Part shown: piece after piece, positions 35,363 through 38,176 of the stretch
How positions within the stretch are numbered: position 1 is the stretch's first letter
Layout: every line of letters starts with the position of its first letter
Assembly (NCBI GenBank): GCA_050298055.1
Contig: JBNKTL010000049.1
Coordinates: forward strand, 1-38,176
From: Spirochaetota bacterium
GTDB lineage: Bacteria > Spirochaetota > UBA4802 > UBA5550
DNA length: 38,176 bases
Direction of reading: 5' to 3'
Notes under the pieces: generated by a model
What the model saw: only the letters and a program-made list of their open reading frames with translations
The model's database searches: none
Told to the model about the DNA's origin: nothing
Translations under genes and position numbers: made by a program

Positions 35363-37591
35363 CTAAAATTTGTATCTCAGGCTGAAGAGTATGGACCGGG
35401 GCGTGCCCAGGCTGTAGCTTTTGTCGCCTGTGTTGTCAACGGTTGAGGTCTTTTGCACCTCTACGGCATAGCGTGTGTCAAAGATATTGTCCGCGTTTAC
35501 CATGAAGGTCAGGTTGTTGAATTCATAACCGATCATCAGGCTTGTTATGAGGGAGTACCCGTCATATTTTTCCGAGTTCGCGGCGTCCACATAGTAGGGG
35601 CCCCAGGTGTCGGTCTGGATCTTGGCCTTAAAACCGTTCTTGAACTTCAGGCGCATATACCCGGAATAGAGATACCGGGGAGCATAGGTAATGTAGTTTC
35701 CGCTCCTGTCAAATGCTTCATAACTTGCCCCATTTCGAATCAACTCTGTATACTCCACATACTTGAAGTCATTGAAAGTAAAGCTTCCTCCCAGGGTGAG
35801 GGGTTTGAGGACATCCAGGGACCCGGAAAATTCAACTCCCCTTTTCCGGGTCTTTCCGGCATTTCTGTACTCGGTATCAGTGCCGACTTTTACACTGACA
35901 ACCTCGTTCTCGAGATCTGCCTGAAAGACGTTGATGTCGAAGTCCCATATCTTTCCCCGTCCCTTGAATCCTCCTTCGTAATTCACCATGGTCACAAGGT
36001 CAAGGTCGGGATTGCTGTCCATCTCGCTGTCAGTGGGTGTCTGGATCCCCTTTGCCACGCTTCCGTAGACGCTCAGGGCTTTGATGATCCTGTATGATAC
36101 CCCGGTCCGGGGTGAAACCGATTTAAATGTTTTTTCGATTTTATACTCATTGTTCTCAACCGGCTGGCCGCAGTCGGTATCACTGGCATCACAGTCCGCA
36201 TAATTTTCACTTGCATAACTATAATAGCTGTCAATATGCCCGTCAATGTTGAAATCTACCTGGTCATACCGCATTCCCAGGTCAACGGTCAGGTCCCTGG
36301 CGATGTTCAGAGACTCCTGGATAAAAGCGCCGACAAGCTGAGTATTTGATTCTTTTTCCGAGGCCTTTTCCCCTTTCTCATCACTGCTTACTCCGGTTAT
36401 CACAGTTCGAGAAAAAGGAGGATAAGGTATAGACTCAACAGCAGTTTCGATATCCCTGTACTGATACTTTTCACTGTCCTGCTTCTCCATCCTTCCGGTA
36501 ACACCGAAGGTCAGGGTGCCCTTTACGGGACCGAAAATATGTTTCTGGTCAACCTGGATGTCGCCTCCAAGGGAAAGGGCGTCCGCAATGCCGATTAAAG
36601 CATAGACCGGGTGGTAATGCTCCCACTTGTTGAGGAAAAACATCGGCTTAAAGGTAAAGCTCCCCGCTTCCTTGGTATACTTGGTGCTGTAAAAAAGGCT
36701 TGTTGAATATCGTCCCGACTTGTCCCAGACGCTTGTTGTTGCCGGCGCGTCTCCTCCGTCCTTGAATTTTTCGTATCCCGCTTCATCTACAGTTCCCGGA
36801 AGCTGAATGTCCGACTTGTTAAAGGTGAGATAGTTCTGCCATGTGCTCCCGTCCTTGAAGATCAAACCGGGCTGTATTGTGAAATTATAAGCCTCAAACT
36901 CGTTCCAGGGACGCCAGCTGTTGTCGGACCTCCGGTAGGAGCCGTTCACGGAATAGACAAATGATTCCCCGATGCTGTTCCCGTAGTAGACGCTGGCATC
37001 GGCGGCACCGTACTGGCCGTAGCTTAACCGGGCGGCGCCCCCGCTCTCCTTCATGGGGTCCTTTGTGATGATATGGACAATCCCTCCCGCCGCGTTTACT
37101 CCCCAGAGTGTGGAGTTGGGGCCCTTGACGACCTCAATCCTGTCGATCTGGAAAGGGTCCAGAAGGTCCAGCTTGCTGAAGCCGTCAGGGTCGGTAATGG
37201 GCACACCGTTCAGGAGAAACATGATCTCCCTGATCCCGTACCGCGCCTTGGCTCCCGCCCCCCGGATAACAACCCGGGAATCACTGCCGCTGTTCTTGGA
37301 ATCGATCTGGACACCTGCTGTCCCCATGAGGGCGTCTTTGATATTCAGCATCTTGGATTCTTCGATCTCTTCTTTGTCAACCACCTTGATGCTGGCGGGA
37401 ACATCCTGGGTCTTCCTTTTAACACGGGTTGCGGTAATGCTCACCTCGTCCATCTTGTAGTCCGCGACCTTTTCTTTTTTCGTTTTTTCTGTGTCTTCGG
37501 TTGCGCCGGTTTCTTTGTCGCCCTCCTGGGCCCAGAGTCCCGCTCCGGCTAATAACATCAGAAGTATGAATATTTTTTTGTACAATTTCAT
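35363..37591 (-). CDS. TonB-dependent outer-membrane receptor
   Basis: TonB box 'DEVSITATR', plug 'IRG', 'IDRIEVVKGPNSTLWG..A.GGIV', C-terminal 'PRS...LRYKF'. Confidence 0.95.
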   Translation of the reverse strand: MKLYKKIFILLMLLAGAGLWAQEGDKETGATEDTEKTKKEKVADYKMDEVSITATRVKRKTQDVPASIKVVDKEEIEESKMLNIKDALMGTAGVQIDSKNSGSDSRVVIRGAGAKARYGIREIMFLLNGVPITDPDGFSKLDLLDPFQIDRIEVVKGPNSTLWGVNAAGGIVHIITKDPMKESGGAARLSYGQYGAADASVYYGNSIGESFVYSVNGSYRRSDNSWRPWNEFEAYNFTIQPGLIFKDGSTWQNYLTFNKSDIQLPGTVDEAGYEKFKDGGDAPATTSVWDKSGRYSTSLFYSTKYTKEAGSFTFKPMFFLNKWEHYHPVYALIGIADALSLGGDIQVDQKHIFGPVKGTLTFGVTGRMEKQDSEKYQYRDIETAVESIPYPPFSRTVITGVSSDEKGEKASEKESNTQLVGAFIQESLNIARDLTVDLGMRYDQVDFNIDGHIDSYYSYASENYADCDASDTDCGQPVENNEYKIEKTFKSVSPRTGVSYRIIKALSVYGSVAKGIQTPTDSEMDSNPDLDLVTMVNYEGGFKGRGKIWDFDINVFQADLENEVVSVKVGTDTEYRNAGKTRKRGVEFSGSLDVLKPLTLGGSFTFNDFKYVEYTELIRNGASYEAFDRSGNYITYAPRYLYSGYMRLKFKNGFKAKIQTDTWGPYYVDAANSEKYDGYSLITSLMIGYEFNNLTFMVNADNIFDTRYAVEVQKTSTVDNTGDKSYSLGTPRSILFSLRYKF

Positions 37592-37660
37592 CAATGTTCC
37601 CTCTTTTTTTTAAAAATTTTTTTTGGTTAAATGATTGATCTCATAAATATCTTGCATAAA

Positions 37661-37693
37661 ACAGTGTTACGAATATTTATTTCGTAACACTGT
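37661..37693. promoter_or_regulatory. NikR-type operator GTGTTAC-N13-GTAACAC
   Basis: Perfect 13-bp arms ACAGTGTTACGAA/TTCGTAACACTGT about 70 bp upstream of the receptor start. Matches my recollection of the NikR consensus described for deltaproteobacteria. Confidence 0.72.
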
Positions 37694-38037
37694 CGAAGCT
37701 GCCCTCTGCTTTGTCAAGTGCTTAGCAGCATTGTTATGAAAAAAATATCGCATGTAATTGGTACTTCTCTTAATTAAAGTTTTTTATCTATTTGGCGGGT
37801 TATAGAGAATGATAACTTTTTCCTGCCTCAAACAGGGGGATCATAAAAAATCTCATAATCACCGCTTACAGGTTATGTTACAATTCAAAAGGGAAATATG
37901 GACAATAGAGGTCTATTTTCTCTTATATTTTTTTAAATTAGCGGTGGAAAAACTCTACAGGATGTTTTTCCCATAGATAATATCAACCCGGCCCTCTAAT
38001 AGGAATAATTATTTTTATTAATAAAATAGAACTAATG

Positions 38038-38066
38038 CCTTCCCGCCGCTGGATGCGGCGGGAAGG
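38038..38066. terminator. GC-rich hairpin
   Basis: CCTTCCCGCCGC-TGGAT-GCGGCGGGAAGG, 12-bp perfect stem. Confidence 0.5.
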
Positions 38067-38176
38067 GGCGTGAATTTAATTCCGGGAAATTACAGTATAA
38101 ATTCACTTTTTGTAAAAAGTTTTTATTAATCCCACTCCTCAATCGTATTAATGTTTGGGAAGAATAACTCTCTTCC

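Overview
Bacterial chromosomal window, probably from an anaerobe; the gene repertoire hints at Spirochaetota or Deltaproteobacteria-like lineages, but this is inference only. From left to right: (1) a minus-strand type I-B cas operon (cas6, cas8b, cas7, cas5, then a gene running off the left edge; no CRISPR array in the window). Between cas6 and cas8b sits a REP/RAYT element: a HUH tyrosine transposase, three GTAG palindromes (one in-frame inside the gene) and an array of about 15 degenerate 20-21 bp repeats related to the REP arm. (2) An MBL-fold hydrolase, a 66-aa Bd0055-like bacterial histone, an acyl-CoA dehydrogenase and a 7TM-DISM hybrid kinase. (3) A polyimmunity-like locus with no toxin in view: a PQQ-type beta-propeller, five Imm11/DUF1629-like genes, one deletion remnant, two paralogous acidic proteins and a WGR protein, with a 1-kb internal duplication. 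(4) A Ser/Thr kinase-AAA-GAF-PAS-histidine kinase, some small genes and a NifA-like activator. (5) A minus-strand operon behind a perfect GTGTTAC-N13-GTAACAC (NikR-type) operator, joining a TonB-dependent receptor and ExbBD-TonB with a polyferredoxin membrane protein, a double-cubane/2-hydroxyacyl-CoA-dehydratase-family protein and its ATP-dependent activase, which appears to start at ATC. The best candidates for undescribed systems are the REP/RAYT/repeat-array insert in the cas operon and the metal-uptake plus low-potential reductase operon.
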